From contig CAWANJ010000006.1 in assembly GCA_963783385.1 (NCBI GenBank), positions 320,001 through 384,000 of the forward strand: a stretch of 64,000 nucleotides of DNA, given 5' to 3'. The position numbers were made by a program, and so were the translations under genes. Positions within the stretch are counted from its first letter, which is position 1. Each line of letters opens with the position of its first letter. Positions 63,822-64,000 of this stretch are shown here, piece after piece. The DNA comes from an uncultured Gemmatimonadales bacterium (lineage in GTDB: Bacteria > Gemmatimonadota > Gemmatimonadetes > Palauibacterales > Palauibacteraceae). Below the pieces are notes generated by a model. That model was not told the DNA's origin. It did no database searches and worked only from the letters and a program-made list of their open reading frames with translations.

Positions 63822-64000
63822 TCACGCGCCCCGCCCCGGCTCTCCGACCATGATCCGGGCGTCGACCGCCACACACCGCTCCGGTTCGGGGAAGGCGAGG
63901 AACGGGTTCACGTCCAGCTCGCGGATCTCCGGGTGATCGCCCACCAGCTGGCTCACCCGTTCGAGGACCTCGGCCACCCGCTCGAAGCACACGCCCGGCT
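63822..64000 (-). CDS. Acetate--CoA ligase (ADP-forming)-family ATP-grasp domain, C-terminal fragment
   Basis: Manual translation PGVCFERVAEVLERVSQLVGDHPEIRELDVNPFLAF..VAVDARI..*; truncated by the window edge. Confidence 0.82.
   Translation of the reverse strand, partial: PGVCFERVAEVLERVSQLVGDHPEIRELDVNPFLAFPEPERCVAVDARIMVGEPGRGA

Overview
A very GC-rich bacterial chromosomal window. The gene repertoire (acidobacterial-type PadR + ADOP permease, split gcvPA/gcvPB, RpoD-like sigma without region 1.1, orphan GvpL/F) suggests Gemmatimonadota; this is inference only. The first ~10 kb is accessory and partly decayed: a probable AhpD-like selenoprotein cut by the window edge, PadR plus an ADOP permease with two internal deletions, a porin/PBP-like/GGDEF-EAL module, and methyltransferase and VOC remnants. 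The rest is mostly housekeeping: an HcrA/HcrC-like molybdoenzyme, tatA/B, HNH, priA, a peptidase/deacetylase operon, a sigma factor, pckA-maeB, polA, csp, slt, exbB, a peptide ABC transporter, glycine cleavage genes, corA, dapF-mutY, and an AAA/VWA pair. Several core genes carry single-base frameshifts, most likely assembly errors. Two signals stand out. (1) An unannotated, promoter-flanked, highly structured intergenic element at ~55475-55810 carries a 17-nt complement of the 16S rRNA 3' end ahead of a 22-codon ORF. (2) An in-frame UGA with a SECIS-like hairpin sits in the AhpD-like gene at 1-371. No rRNA, tRNA, CRISPR array or transposase was recognised. All family calls come from motif recognition by eye, not database searches.
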